Source: an uncultured Candidatus Saccharibacteria bacterium (GTDB lineage Bacteria > Patescibacteriota > Minisyncoccia > Phycocordibacterales > CAYRGE01). From it: a stretch of DNA of 64,000 bases. Below, in pieces: positions 45,885 to 56,000 of the stretch. The DNA lies in assembly GCA_964612415.1 (NCBI GenBank), contig CAZTCT010000001.1, positions 137,949 to 201,948 on the forward strand. The letters run 5' to 3'. The stretch's first letter is position 1. Every line of letters begins with the position of its first letter. Below the pieces are notes generated by a model, which saw only the letters and a program-made list of their open reading frames with translations, searched no databases and had not been told where the DNA came from. Made by a program: the position numbers and the translations under genes.

Positions 45885-46277
45885 TGGAGATGGGGGGATT
45901 CGAACCCCCGTGCAAAAGTGTTCCTCGAACGGTTCTACAAAGCGTAGTTTGTTTCATTTGTTTAGATGCAATGAGTAGAAAACAAACAAAATCTTCATTA
46001 CATCGATCCTCTACATTTCAAAATATTGTCGAGGCGAGCAATATTTCTACATCTGAAGATATAACACCTGTTTGATCATGTCAGATTCACAATCAGCAGA
46101 TGGCTACGCGCTATTTAGGCGTATGCAAACGCGAAGTCGTTCTTCGTAAAGTACGGAGAGACGAGCGCCCGCGCTTTTTGTGCGATATTTGCACTTTTGT
46201 TTGGCATGTTTTTCGAGAGTTGCCATCTCGGCTTTGCGCATAAGAGGGGAGTACCCTTGTCGATGCCTAGCATCCCC
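45885..46277 (-). ncRNA. ssrA: Transfer-messenger RNA (tmRNA, SsrA); inferred tag ending ...KNDFAFAYA-stop
   Basis: The minus-strand 5' end GGGGAUGCUAGGCAUCGACAAGGG parallels the E. coli tmRNA 5' GGGGCUGAUUCUGGAUUCGACGGG. The 3' end is ...GGGGGUUCGAAUCCCCCCAUCUCCA, a tRNA-like T-arm plus acceptor. It sits immediately downstream of smpB. An internal ORF ends GCA-UAC-GCC-UAA. Confidence 0.7.
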
Positions 46278-46730
46278 TTATTGAAAACGGGATTTTATTT
46301 CTCTTTCAACGTCCCGAGCAGTATCGCGCTTCTTAATGGTTTCGCGCTTGTCGTGTTTCTTTTTGCTTCTAGCGAGACCCAAGGAGAGCTTGATATGCCT
46401 ATTTTTAGTATATAACGAAATAGGCACTATTGTCAAGCCCTTCTGGGATTCTTGCGAGGCGAGCCGCTCAATCTCCTCTTTGTTGAGGAGGAGCTTTCTG
46501 TTGCGGAGTGGGTCAAAATCTTTCGGCGCATTATTTTTTTGAAACGCAGGGATATCAGCTCCCACGAGAAATGCTTCGCCGCCACGGACGAGTACGCGTG
46601 CGCCTTCAAGGGAGCCGTGTTTTGCGCGGAGCGTCTTCACCTCAAATCCGTGCAGGGAAATACCGGCCTCCCATTCCTCGAGGATGTCATAGTCAAGCCG
46701 CACCTTTTTTCGCTCTACTAATATAGGCAT
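46278..46730 (-). CDS. smpB: SsrA-binding protein SmpB
   Basis: Full-length match to SmpB (GISLHGFEVKTLR...LLLNKEEI...LARSKKKHDKRE). Its stop codon abuts the predicted tmRNA 5' end. Confidence 0.9.
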   Translation of the reverse strand: MPILVERKKVRLDYDILEEWEAGISLHGFEVKTLRAKHGSLEGARVLVRGGEAFLVGADIPAFQKNNAPKDFDPLRNRKLLLNKEEIERLASQESQKGLTIVPISLYTKNRHIKLSLGLARSKKKHDKRETIKKRDTARDVEREIKSRFQ

Positions 46731-46822
46731 GTCGTGCGTATTGTAGCATGGGGAGGGGGCTTTAAGAGCGGTTTCCTTTTTAAGGGTTTTGGGTATAATG
46801 AAGCTCTTAATTCTTACATCTC

Positions 46823-48766
46823 ATGCTTCCCGGCAAACAACAAAAGAAGAACGGGGCTCCTGAGCGTGCGCCCAATAAGCGATCTCCTGAAGGAGGGAAG
46901 GAGCAGTTTTTTGGTAATCTCGTTACTGCTATTCTTATATTCCTCATCATTGCGACTGCGTATTCTCTCATCGCTGAGCGTGGTGATGCAGCAGAGAAAA
47001 TCGCACTCTCTACTCTTGCGTCAGATATAAGCGCGGGTAATGTGGTGTCACTTACCGTGTCTGGCAATGTCGTAGAGGCCACATACGCGGATGATTCAAT
47101 AAAAGAGACTCGCAAAGAGAATGAGACAGCTCTCTCTGAGACACTTGCAAACTACGGTGTGCGCCCCAATGCGCTTGAGCATGTAGAGATCACCATAAAA
47201 GAGCAAAGTGGATTTGGGTATTGGTTTGTAAATCTCCTGCCGCTTATCCTACCCATTGCACTCATCATCCTTTTCTTCTGGCTTATCTCACGACAAGTGC
47301 GTGGTGCAGGTATGCAGGCGTTCACCTTCGGGCAATCAAAGGCGCGCATGATTGATCCGAATGACAAAAAGCAGAAGGTGACATTTAAAGATGTTGCCGG
47401 AGCAAAGGAGGCAAAAGAAGAGTTAGTTGAGATCGTAGACTTTTTGAAAAATCCCAAAAAGTTTTTGGAGATCGGTGCGCGTATTCCAAAAGGCGTGCTA
47501 CTTATCGGTGCCCCTGGTACAGGTAAGACATTGCTTGCTCGCGCCGTAGCGGGGGAAGCGTCGGTGCCGTTCTTCATCATCTCTGGCTCTGAATTCGTAG
47601 AGATGTTTGTCGGTGTGGGTGCAAGTCGTGTGCGTGACCTTTTCAAAATGGCGAAAAAAGCTGCGCCCGCAATTATTTTCGTAGATGAGATCGATGCCGT
47701 GGGGCGTGTGCGCGGCACAGGTATCGGTGGAGGTAATGATGAGCGGGAGCAAACACTCAATCAAATCCTCGTTGAGATGGATGGATTTGAACCGAACGAA
47801 AAAGTGATAGTTATGGCAGCCACGAACCGGCCGGATGTATTGGACCCAGCACTCTTGCGACCAGGAAGATTTGATCGTCGCGTGGTGCTTGATCTACCGG
47901 ACATAAACGATCGTGAGGAAATTCTCAAAACTCATTCAGGCAAAAAGCCCCTTGCGGAAGATGTGAACTTTCGCGTTATTGCAGAGCGCACACCAGGATT
48001 CTCTGGTGCCGACCTTGCATCTCTCATGAACGAAGGGGCGATCCTTGCTGCGCGAGAGAATCGCAAGACAGTTTCGCAGTTTGACCTCATTCGCTCCATT
48101 GAGAAAGTGATGCTTGGTCCTGAACGCAAGAGTCATCTTTTGAGTAAAAGGGAAAAAGAAATTACCGCATATCATGAAGGTGGGCATGCGCTTGTTGCGT
48201 CTGTGTTGCCGCACTCTGATCCGGTGCACAAAATCTCTATTGTCTCGCGTGGACACGCAGGAGGGTATACGCTCAAGTTGCCGCTTGAAGAGAAGCGACT
48301 TCGTTCACGCAATGAATTTCTCGATGATATATCAAGCGCGCTTGGTGGGTATGTTGCGGAGAGGATGCTTTTCAATGATTTCACTACTGGGCCTTCAAAT
48401 GATATTGCAGTTGCAACAGCGCTCGCGAGAGATATGGTCACAAAATATGGCATGTCAGAAAATATTGGCCCTGTCGCACTTGAACCGGGGGGAGGCCGAT
48501 TAAGTCCAGGGCATGAGCTCGGGAGACATGAATATTCAGAAACAATCTCAACGAAGATTGATGATGAAGTTTCAAGAATAATGCAGGAGGCAAAAAAGAA
48601 AGCAGAAGACGCTATCACTACACACCGAGAGGCATTAGACGCCATTGCCAAGGAACTCATCCGTGTGGAAACTATTGAGCGGGAAGATTTTGAAAAGATA
48701 CTCGTTGCTCATGGGATTACACCCAAGAAGCTCCCTGAAGAGGAGGCAGCGGACCCGACAAAATAA
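46823..48766 (+). CDS. ftsH: ATP-dependent zinc metalloprotease FtsH
   Basis: Two N-terminal TM helices, an AAA module ([25 protein letters not shown]), SRH, and the HEGGHALVA zinc site. 647 aa. Confidence 0.95.
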   Translation: MLPGKQQKKNGAPERAPNKRSPEGGKEQFFGNLVTAILIFLIIATAYSLIAERGDAAEKIALSTLASDISAGNVVSLTVSGNVVEATYADDSIKETRKENETALSETLANYGVRPNALEHVEITIKEQSGFGYWFVNLLPLILPIALIILFFWLISRQVRGAGMQAFTFGQSKARMIDPNDKKQKVTFKDVAGAKEAKEELVEIVDFLKNPKKFLEIGARIPKGVLLIGAPGTGKTLLARAVAGEASVPFFIISGSEFVEMFVGVGASRVRDLFKMAKKAAPAIIFVDEIDAVGRVRGTGIGGGNDEREQTLNQILVEMDGFEPNEKVIVMAATNRPDVLDPALLRPGRFDRRVVLDLPDINDREEILKTHSGKKPLAEDVNFRVIAERTPGFSGADLASLMNEGAILAARENRKTVSQFDLIRSIEKVMLGPERKSHLLSKREKEITAYHEGGHALVASVLPHSDPVHKISIVSRGHAGGYTLKLPLEEKRLRSRNEFLDDISSALGGYVAERMLFNDFTTGPSNDIAVATALARDMVTKYGMSENIGPVALEPGGGRLSPGHELGRHEYSETISTKIDDEVSRIMQEAKKKAEDAITTHREALDAIAKELIRVETIEREDFEKILVAHGITPKKLPEEEAADPTK

Positions 48767-48782
48767 GTAAGAAATAGGTAAG

Positions 48783-48817
48783 AAAAACGGCTCAACCGAG
48801 CGGTTGAGCCGTTTTTT
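48783..48817. terminator. Palindromic terminator element, family copy 4 (aaaaacggctcaaccgagcggttgagccgtttttt)
   Basis: Same stem as copies 2 and 3 with one central substitution (gatc to gagc), between ftsH(+) and the tRNA(-). Confidence 0.6.
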
Positions 48818-48818
48818 C

Positions 48819-48894
48819 TGGTCCGCCTGGCAGGACTCGAACCTACAACCACGGAGATATAAGCTCCGTGCTCTAACCATTGAGCTACAGGCGG
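48819..48894 (-). tRNA. tRNA with anticodon UAU (tRNA-Ile, AUA-reading); CCA encoded
   Basis: Cloverleaf: CCGCCUG-UA-GCUC-AAUGGUUA-GAGC-A-CGGAG-CUUAUAU-CUCCG-UGGUU-GUAGG-UUCGAGU-CCUGC-CAGGCGG-A-CCA. 7/4/5/5-bp stems, U33, A37. Confidence 0.7.
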
Positions 48895-49010
48895 CTTCTG
48901 GCTTGACTATAGTATACAAAAAGTATTGTCCGAGCAATGCATGTTTGTATCCACAGCAAGAAATAAATCTCTCCTATCTAAGAGGGTATAATGTGGGCAT
49001 ATACTTTTTT

Positions 49011-52000
49011 ATGAAGCGCGCGCTTCTTGCTCTGCTTAAAACATTGTTCATTTCTTGCGTTCTTCTTTTTGGAGGTACGCTTGCATTTGCTCAGACTATT
49101 TCTTATACACCGCTTGCTCCTTTGCCTGGAATCAATGATAGTGGTGGGCCAATTACCCTTACCACGTATCTAAGCGGGCTCTTTTATCTTGGACTTGGTA
49201 TTGCAACTATTTTGGCTGTGGTGATGATCGTCTTTGCTGGCGTGCAAATGATCGCAAGCGCAGGCAATGAAGCGTGGCGAAGCGCAGCAAAAGAAAGAAT
49301 TAAAAATGCATTATTTGGCTTGCTCCTTGCTTTGTTTGCATGGCTTATTATTTTTACAGTGAATCCACAAATTCTTGGGGTGCTCTCAACCGGGTTTACG
49401 CTCCAGAGCTCTCCATTTGAGCCGCGTATTCCTGGCACAGGAGGGTGGACTCCAGCAGGTGGGTTCACTCCGCCGCTCGGCACTACACTACCTGGCGGGA
49501 CTGGTTCGGGCGGATCTGGGTTTCCCGTTGGAACATCTGAGCCAAATCCATTTGATATTGACCAGATCATGAGAGATATTGAGAGTGGCAAGCTTGTTCG
49601 AGATCAAATAGAAATTGACCCATCAAGTGACGGGTCGCTTATCCGAACTTGTGCTCAAAAAGAACAAAATGATGGCGAGTGTGCAGCTGCGGATGTGAAT
49701 GGCGATGGGGCTGTGACCATTCTTGACTACAGTTTTCTTATTGATACAACAACAAGATTTGATCTCAATATGGACGGTGTCATTGACCCGTATCCATATA
49801 GACCAATTGAGAGCATGTGCTACATACACGATGGCAGGTACAATCTTTTGGGCATAAATAGTGCTGGAGAGCCGACGACAATCATTGGGATTGATTCAAC
49901 TCCTACACGCACCACGGGGTTCGTATTTGGATTTAATAAGTATGATCCATTTGTAGTCACTGTAGGGGACACTCAATATGAGATACCAAGTAGTGATTAT
50001 CAATATAACTATACACCACGTAATCTTTGGTGGGATTATTTAAGAGCAGATACAGAGCCACGACTTATACAACCACCACTATCAGCGGACGAAATATTCA
50101 ACTTAACTGGCTCTGGTTTGCCACCGGGGCCGCCAGCATTCCCGGGAGACAATCTTCCTCCTCCGCCACCACCTATCCCCAATATTGGCGACGGCGCTCT
50201 TCCACCACCACCACCCGACTTTCCACCAGGTGGGGCGAGTTCTTCTTCGGGGACAGGGAGTACTGGCACCACAGGATCCGTGCCTTCAGGGAGTATCCCA
50301 GTAGTATCTCCTGGGGGTATAACTAGTTTGCCGCTTGTCTCAGAGACGTACTCTCAGAATCAATGTTTTGCAAGTTCGTACGGGACTCGTGTTGGGTTTA
50401 CCATAGCGGAAATTGACATGCTCACAAAAGTTCTCCAGAGCTCTACTGGCGGGGTTCCTGCAACGACAAATTATTATCTCGATCTTAATAAATTGAGTGC
50501 TAATGTTGGGGGATGTTTTGTAAATGGTGCAACATTTGAATTCCTTGGCGGGGATTTCCCTGACAGCTTTAATTTTGGTAGTGGCACCCTTCCTCGGTGG
50601 ATGCATCCTGTGTACTCACATTATTTGTTTAATAATGACTTTTGGCCAAACCCGGACAATTTTTCATTCGGACAATTCTTCTCATTATTTAATAATGACA
50701 GAATCTATGCTTTAGCGGGGTGTAATGTGCAAAGATTCCTCCCGAGCTCCAGTAATCCTGGGCCATTCAGTGCCTATGATCCGATTACCTATACAGAATT
50801 CATGGATAGACCACAGTACATGACAGATACAACCGCACCTCTGCAAATCTTCGGGGCGGCACTTTACGCGACGCTCGTGCAGGCTGACCTCAATCATGAT
50901 GGACGTGTCAATCTTGCAAGCATCGGAGCTCCAACAGGAGATGCTACGCCAGAAGAAATTTCAGCGTGTCTTTCACAAGACCCGGAGAATTTATCAGCAG
51001 AGTGCCAGTCATTAGATATTACCTACGAAGATTTTAGTGGTGACAATGATGATCTTGCGATACTCAACCGCTGTATCACGCAGGATACTGCCACAGGTCC
51101 AGTGGGGGATTGTGTTCAAGCAGACTTCAACCAAGATGGGCATGTTACGACGGCAGACCATAACGGACTTTCTGCGTTGCTCGGCCTTGTGGGGCTAACT
51201 GAGGATCTGCGCACGGAAGGTCTAAGCAGAGCTCCTAATGGAGTAGTCCCTGTTCAAGACTTTGATATCTTACTTTGGACTCCCGACACAACCTATTCTG
51301 ACGCTGACATTCTCAATTTCTGTCTTGGGAAGAAAAAGTGGGGAGGGTGTGAGACGTCCGATCTTGATGGAGATGGACGTATTGATGCAAATGCTCCACC
51401 CCAGGCAACGCGGACCGATGCAGCAATCAACTTCAATTGGGGGTCAGGGAGTCCTATGTCTGGCATTGGGAATGATTGGTTTATTGCCCGATGGACAGCA
51501 GATGTAGATCTTCCAGCTGGAGATTACCGCTTCACGGTGACTGTTGATGACGGGGTTCGTGTGTATGTAGACGACAGACTCATTATTGATAAGTGGAAGA
51601 ACCAAAACTCTCCTACATATACAGCAGATATGACTTTAGCTGCCGATACGCACAATATTCGCGTTGAATATTATGAAGCACGCAATGCGGCGCTTATACA
51701 ATTTGACTTTGGTCTTGTGGGAGGCTCTCCAGTCTCTGTCCCCGGAGGATATGCTGCAGAATTTTGGAACATGGCAAGTAATGCCCGCGGAGCGTCACCT
51801 GCTATTCCTACGGGTGATCAACTTTTGATGAATGATATCAAGAAGTATGACATCAATGGCGACGGGATCATCTCCTTTGAAGGCAATCTTGTTCACCTCA
51901 CCGCACTCTCAACTACTATTGAGGTGGGTGGTAGAGTGCGTTTGGATTGGGATACTTCACGTGTTACGGATTGTGTTGCATCAAGTGAGCCTGCTGGGCT

Positions 52001-52931
52001 CTGGTCTGGGCCAAAGGCACTCAATGATAGTGAGATCAGTCCAATTTTAAATCAAAAAACAGCGTTCACTCTTACATGTACTAATGAACGTACAGGCTTA
52101 CCGATGTCTAATACTGTTAAAGTAGACGCTGTAGATACCACACCAATTGAGTTTAATCCAGATAACATCACTATTTCAGTATCTCCTTCATCAGTCTCTG
52201 CAGGAGATAGTGCGCGTATTTCTTGGAATGCCATTGGGGCCACAAGCTGTACCGCATCAGGAGGATGGAATCCCGTCATCAACACCTTTGGCACATATCC
52301 AGCAGATAATGTCCAAACAACCCAAACATTTGTCATCACTTGCGAACGAGATGGCGTGTCGGGAACTGCAAGCACTACGCTTGAGGTGGTACCAAGGGTT
52401 CCTGTCACATTGCTCGCTGCTCCAAGCGATGTTGCAATGAATGGATCAGCAAAAATTTCATGGGTTGCTTCAAATGTGCGACAAGGAAGAGATGGTGTGT
52501 GCACTGCTTCAGGGGATTGGAGTGGCTCTTATCGCGCCTCTGGAGAAGTTACAGTGAATAATCTAACTGCGACGAGCACGTTCTTTATGACTTGTGGGGG
52601 AGAGACTGCATCTGTTGTCGTCACCGTGAGACCATCTGTTTCTGGTGGAGGGTTTATTCCGGAAGCTATCGTTCTCTCTGCTACGCCTCCGCAAATCAAT
52701 CCAGGGTCTGTTGTTTTCCTCACATGGAGCGCACCTGGTGCAACCAATTGTATAGCAAGTCATCCGGTAGGGAGCCCTACTGTTCCCGGGTGGACTGGAC
52801 TCAAGGAGAGTGGAGGATTTGAACAATATACACTCCCTGCTTCAATTATTTCTGATACCATTGAATTTGCTCTTTCCTGTACGGATGGGACAAATAGTGG
52901 CTCAAAAACAGCAAGCATTGTCGTAAACTAG
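49011..52931 (+). CDS. Giant secreted/surface protein (1306 aa): signal peptide, VirB2/TrbC-pilin-like double-TM N-terminal domain, Pro-rich linker, dockerin/EF-hand-like Ca-binding repeats, PA14 domain, C-terminal Ig-like domains
   Basis: Start set at MKRALLALL... (signal peptide). The upstream part of the track ORF overlaps the tRNA. Hydrophobic pair LFYLGLGIATILAVVMIVFAGV / LFGLLLALFAWLIIFTV. Repeats DVNGDGAVTILD, DLNHDGRVNL, DFNQDGHVT and DLDGDGRID. PA14-like NFNWGSGSPMSG...FIARWTADVDLPAGDYRFTVTVDDGVRVYVDDRLIIDKW...HNIRVEYYE. Confidence 0.6.
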   Translation: MKRALLALLKTLFISCVLLFGGTLAFAQTISYTPLAPLPGINDSGGPITLTTYLSGLFYLGLGIATILAVVMIVFAGVQMIASAGNEAWRSAAKERIKNALFGLLLALFAWLIIFTVNPQILGVLSTGFTLQSSPFEPRIPGTGGWTPAGGFTPPLGTTLPGGTGSGGSGFPVGTSEPNPFDIDQIMRDIESGKLVRDQIEIDPSSDGSLIRTCAQKEQNDGECAAADVNGDGAVTILDYSFLIDTTTRFDLNMDGVIDPYPYRPIESMCYIHDGRYNLLGINSAGEPTTIIGIDSTPTRTTGFVFGFNKYDPFVVTVGDTQYEIPSSDYQYNYTPRNLWWDYLRADTEPRLIQPPLSADEIFNLTGSGLPPGPPAFPGDNLPPPPPPIPNIGDGALPPPPPDFPPGGASSSSGTGSTGTTGSVPSGSIPVVSPGGITSLPLVSETYSQNQCFASSYGTRVGFTIAEIDMLTKVLQSSTGGVPATTNYYLDLNKLSANVGGCFVNGATFEFLGGDFPDSFNFGSGTLPRWMHPVYSHYLFNNDFWPNPDNFSFGQFFSLFNNDRIYALAGCNVQRFLPSSSNPGPFSAYDPITYTEFMDRPQYMTDTTAPLQIFGAALYATLVQADLNHDGRVNLASIGAPTGDATPEEISACLSQDPENLSAECQSLDITYEDFSGDNDDLAILNRCITQDTATGPVGDCVQADFNQDGHVTTADHNGLSALLGLVGLTEDLRTEGLSRAPNGVVPVQDFDILLWTPDTTYSDADILNFCLGKKKWGGCETSDLDGDGRIDANAPPQATRTDAAINFNWGSGSPMSGIGNDWFIARWTADVDLPAGDYRFTVTVDDGVRVYVDDRLIIDKWKNQNSPTYTADMTLAADTHNIRVEYYEARNAALIQFDFGLVGGSPVSVPGGYAAEFWNMASNARGASPAIPTGDQLLMNDIKKYDINGDGIISFEGNLVHLTALSTTIEVGGRVRLDWDTSRVTDCVASSEPAGLWSGPKALNDSEISPILNQKTAFTLTCTNERTGLPMSNTVKVDAVDTTPIEFNPDNITISVSPSSVSAGDSARISWNAIGATSCTASGGWNPVINTFGTYPADNVQTTQTFVITCERDGVSGTASTTLEVVPRVPVTLLAAPSDVAMNGSAKISWVASNVRQGRDGVCTASGDWSGSYRASGEVTVNNLTATSTFFMTCGGETASVVVTVRPSVSGGGFIPEAIVLSATPPQINPGSVVFLTWSAPGATNCIASHPVGSPTVPGWTGLKESGGFEQYTLPASIISDTIEFALSCTDGTNSGSKTASIVVN

Positions 52932-53017
52932 TCTTTAAGAGGGGTATAAACACAAAGAGTTTTGAAAGAGAGGGAATGACGATATAATGGACTCATTAAC
53001 AATGAGTCCATTATTTA

Positions 53018-56000
53018 TTGTGTATGATGCGTAAATTCCTTCCGATTTTTGCTTTGACCTTAGTTGCTTCCGCTAGTTTTTTGCTCTCTCCTTCATTAAG
53101 TCGCGCGCAAACGACACTCTCTGAGGAGGAGCAGCTCGCGCAAATGGCCTCATTGCTGCAAGCGCTGCAGTCTGTGGTCAATACACTAAGCGCTGCGTCA
53201 GGGCAGAGTGCGCAGGGTGTTCCGCCACCGCCACCTCCGCCACCATCACCTGCAGGTGATGGATACTTTGGGGAATATTGGAGCACTCCTTCTGCGGGAG
53301 CGTCACCTGCGATACCAACAACTGCGCCAACCGCCACTCGTCTTGATACAAGCATTAACTTCTCTTGGGGGTCGGGGTCTCCTATGTCGAGTATCCCCTC
53401 CGATCACTTTATTGTTCGTTGGACAAAACAGCAGGATTTTTCGGGAGGGGACTATCTATTTAGTGTAAATGCCGATGATGGCGTGCGTTTGTATATAGAT
53501 GACCAGCTCGTTATTAATCAATGGATCAACCAATCCGCAACAACATATACCGCCGGGCGAACGCTTGCTGCAGGGACTCATACATTGCGAATTGAATATT
53601 ACGAAGCAGCTGGCTCTGCGACGATGCAGTTTAGCTTTACTCAAACAGCTGTTGCTCCTCCGGTTACCCCAGCCCCCACCGTCACCCTCACCGCAAACCC
53701 AACTTCAATCACACAAGGACAATCATCCACCCTCACCTGGAGCTCAACCAATGCCACAAGCTGTACCGCATCAGGCGGATGGACAGGCACCAAGACAACG
53801 TCAGGTACTCAAGCAGTCTCACCAACCGCAAACACTACCTACACCCTCACTTGTACAGGAGCAGGTGGAAGTGCAAACCAGAGTGTGACGGTGGGGGTGA
53901 GTGCAAACCCTGCACCAACGGTTACCTTTACCGCAAACCCAACTAGTACGACCGCTTCTCAGGGCGCAACTCTTTCGTGGAGCTCAACCAATGCCACAAG
54001 CTGTACCGCATCAGGCGGATTTTTGTGGACAGGAAGTCGCGCATTGTCTGGCTCTCAATTTATTACCCCTGAATCAACCACTACCTTCACTCTTGCATGT
54101 ACTGGGGCAGGTGGAACTACCACAAAAACGGCCACCGTTACGGTTGTCTCTTCTGGAACTACAAGTGGTCAGCTTTCTGGGAGCGCAAGCGTAAAGGCTT
54201 CGTCGCAGAACACCGATCTTTCGTCAGAAGGCACTACTGATTGGGTTCATTGGGGTTTATCAATCCCAACAAGTGTGAATCGAAAGTCTGGAGTGACGGG
54301 GCAGATTGGTTCTATGACGACCATTGGTGCAGCCTCTCTCAAGCGCTACGCTGACGATCGTGCGAAAGTATCTTGGGTCGGCGGTACGCCTACTGCAAGT
54401 ACAGGGAGTACTCCTGCCGGAGTGTACATAAAAGTAAATGGAAGTGGTTACACATTCACTGTTCCTGCAGATACGACAACACGCACACTAAAAATTTATC
54501 TTGGTGCGTGGAATGCGCAAGGTCTATTCCAAGCTTTTCTCAATGACAACAGTGCGAGTCCATACTCGGTGATTGTTGATGCTGGGTCAACGGGGACAGC
54601 AACAGATCGTGTCATTACGCTCACATATAAAGCTGCGTCAGCAGGGCAATCCCTGACAGTGCGCTACACACTTTTTGATGATTATGGGCTTGACGGGAAC
54701 ATCACTTTACAAGCAGCTACGCTTCAAGGTGTTTCTTCCACCCCAGCCCCCACCGTCACCCTCACCACAAACCCAACTTCAATCACACAAGGACAATCAT
54801 CCACCCTCACCTGGAGCTCAACCAATGCCACAAGCTGTACCGCATCAGGCGGATGGACAGGCACCAAGACAACGTCAGGTACTCAAGCAGTCTCACCAAC
54901 CGCAAACACTACCTACACCCTCACTTGTACAGGAGCAGGTGGAAGTGCAAACCAGAGTGTGACGGTGGGGGTGAGTGCCGCAACGGCCTACAATCTTGTT
55001 TACAGTACATCAGCGAGCCGCTCAAACCCCGCCGCTCTTAATGGCGCGGTAGTTTCGGGAGGTATCTATGTATTCTTGACCCCAGAGACGAACATAACTG
55101 GGGATGTGCTCTTTTATATAGATAACGTTTCTGGCAGTGGTACTGCGTATAAGACAGAATCAAACGCTCCGTATGATCTTGCGGGTACAAACACAAGTAA
55201 TGGAAGTGCGGCGCCGTACAACACAGCACAACTTTCTAATGGAACTCATACTGTTACCGTGCGACTTAACACGAATACGGTACTTACCTCAACGTTTACT
55301 GTGGCGAACAGCTCTTCCACCCCAGCCCCCACCGTCACCCTCACCACAAACCCAACTTCAATCACACAAGGACAATCATCCACCCTCACCTGGAGCTCAA
55401 CCAATGCCACAAGCTGTACCGCATCAGGCGGATGGACAGGCACCAAGACAACGTCAGGTACTCAAGCAGTCTCACCAACCGCAAACACTACCTACACCCT
55501 CACTTGTACAGGAGCAGGTGGAAGTGCAAACCAGAGTGTGACGGTGGGGATAGAGCTCGGGTATTTTGGAGAGTATTGGGATGTACCAACGGCGGGAGCC
55601 TCTCCTTCAATCCCAAGCACTGCACCAACATTTACGCGCATTGACCCAGCAATTGATTTTGATTGGACTACGAATGCACCAGGTACCTCGGTCGCCGCTG
55701 ACCACTTCATTGTACGCTGGACACGAAATGTTGATTTTGTCGCGGGAACATATCGCTTTACTGCATCAAGCGATGATGGGGTGCGCGTGTACGTTGACAA
55801 TCAACTACTTATAAATGACTGGACTAATCATGGCGTACGCACCTATGTGAATGACCTGACCCTTTCTGCGGGCAGTCATGCATTGCGCATTGAGTATTAT
55901 GAAAATACAGGCAGTGCGGTCGCGCAATTTAGCTTCGCACCAGTAACCTCTACCGGGAGTGTTGATACACAAGCTCCAACAGTAGTTATGACCTCTCCAT

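Noticed and set aside
47152-48660. Minus-strand ORFs (202, 88, 106 and 162 aa) inside ftsH
   Set aside because: Antisense shadows of ftsH, which has unambiguous AAA and HEXXH motifs in the plus frame.
48804-49010. Upstream 69 codons of the 1375-aa track ORF (start at 48804)
   Set aside because: This segment runs through the tRNA(UAU) gene on the opposite strand. The translation (MSRFFWSAWQDSNLQPRRYKLRALTIELQ...) is tRNA-derived nonsense. A proper signal peptide begins at the ATG at 49011.
53208-55541. Alternative-frame ORFs (53499-53888, 53901-54194, 54675-54962, 55137-55541) rich in Pro/Gln inside the 1762-aa gene
   Set aside because: They arise from the repeated approximately 230-bp units read out of frame. 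They carry identical peptide artefacts (PPQPPPSPSPQTQLQSHKDNHPPSPGAQPMP...) and sit within a continuous 1762-aa ORF with coherent domain architecture.
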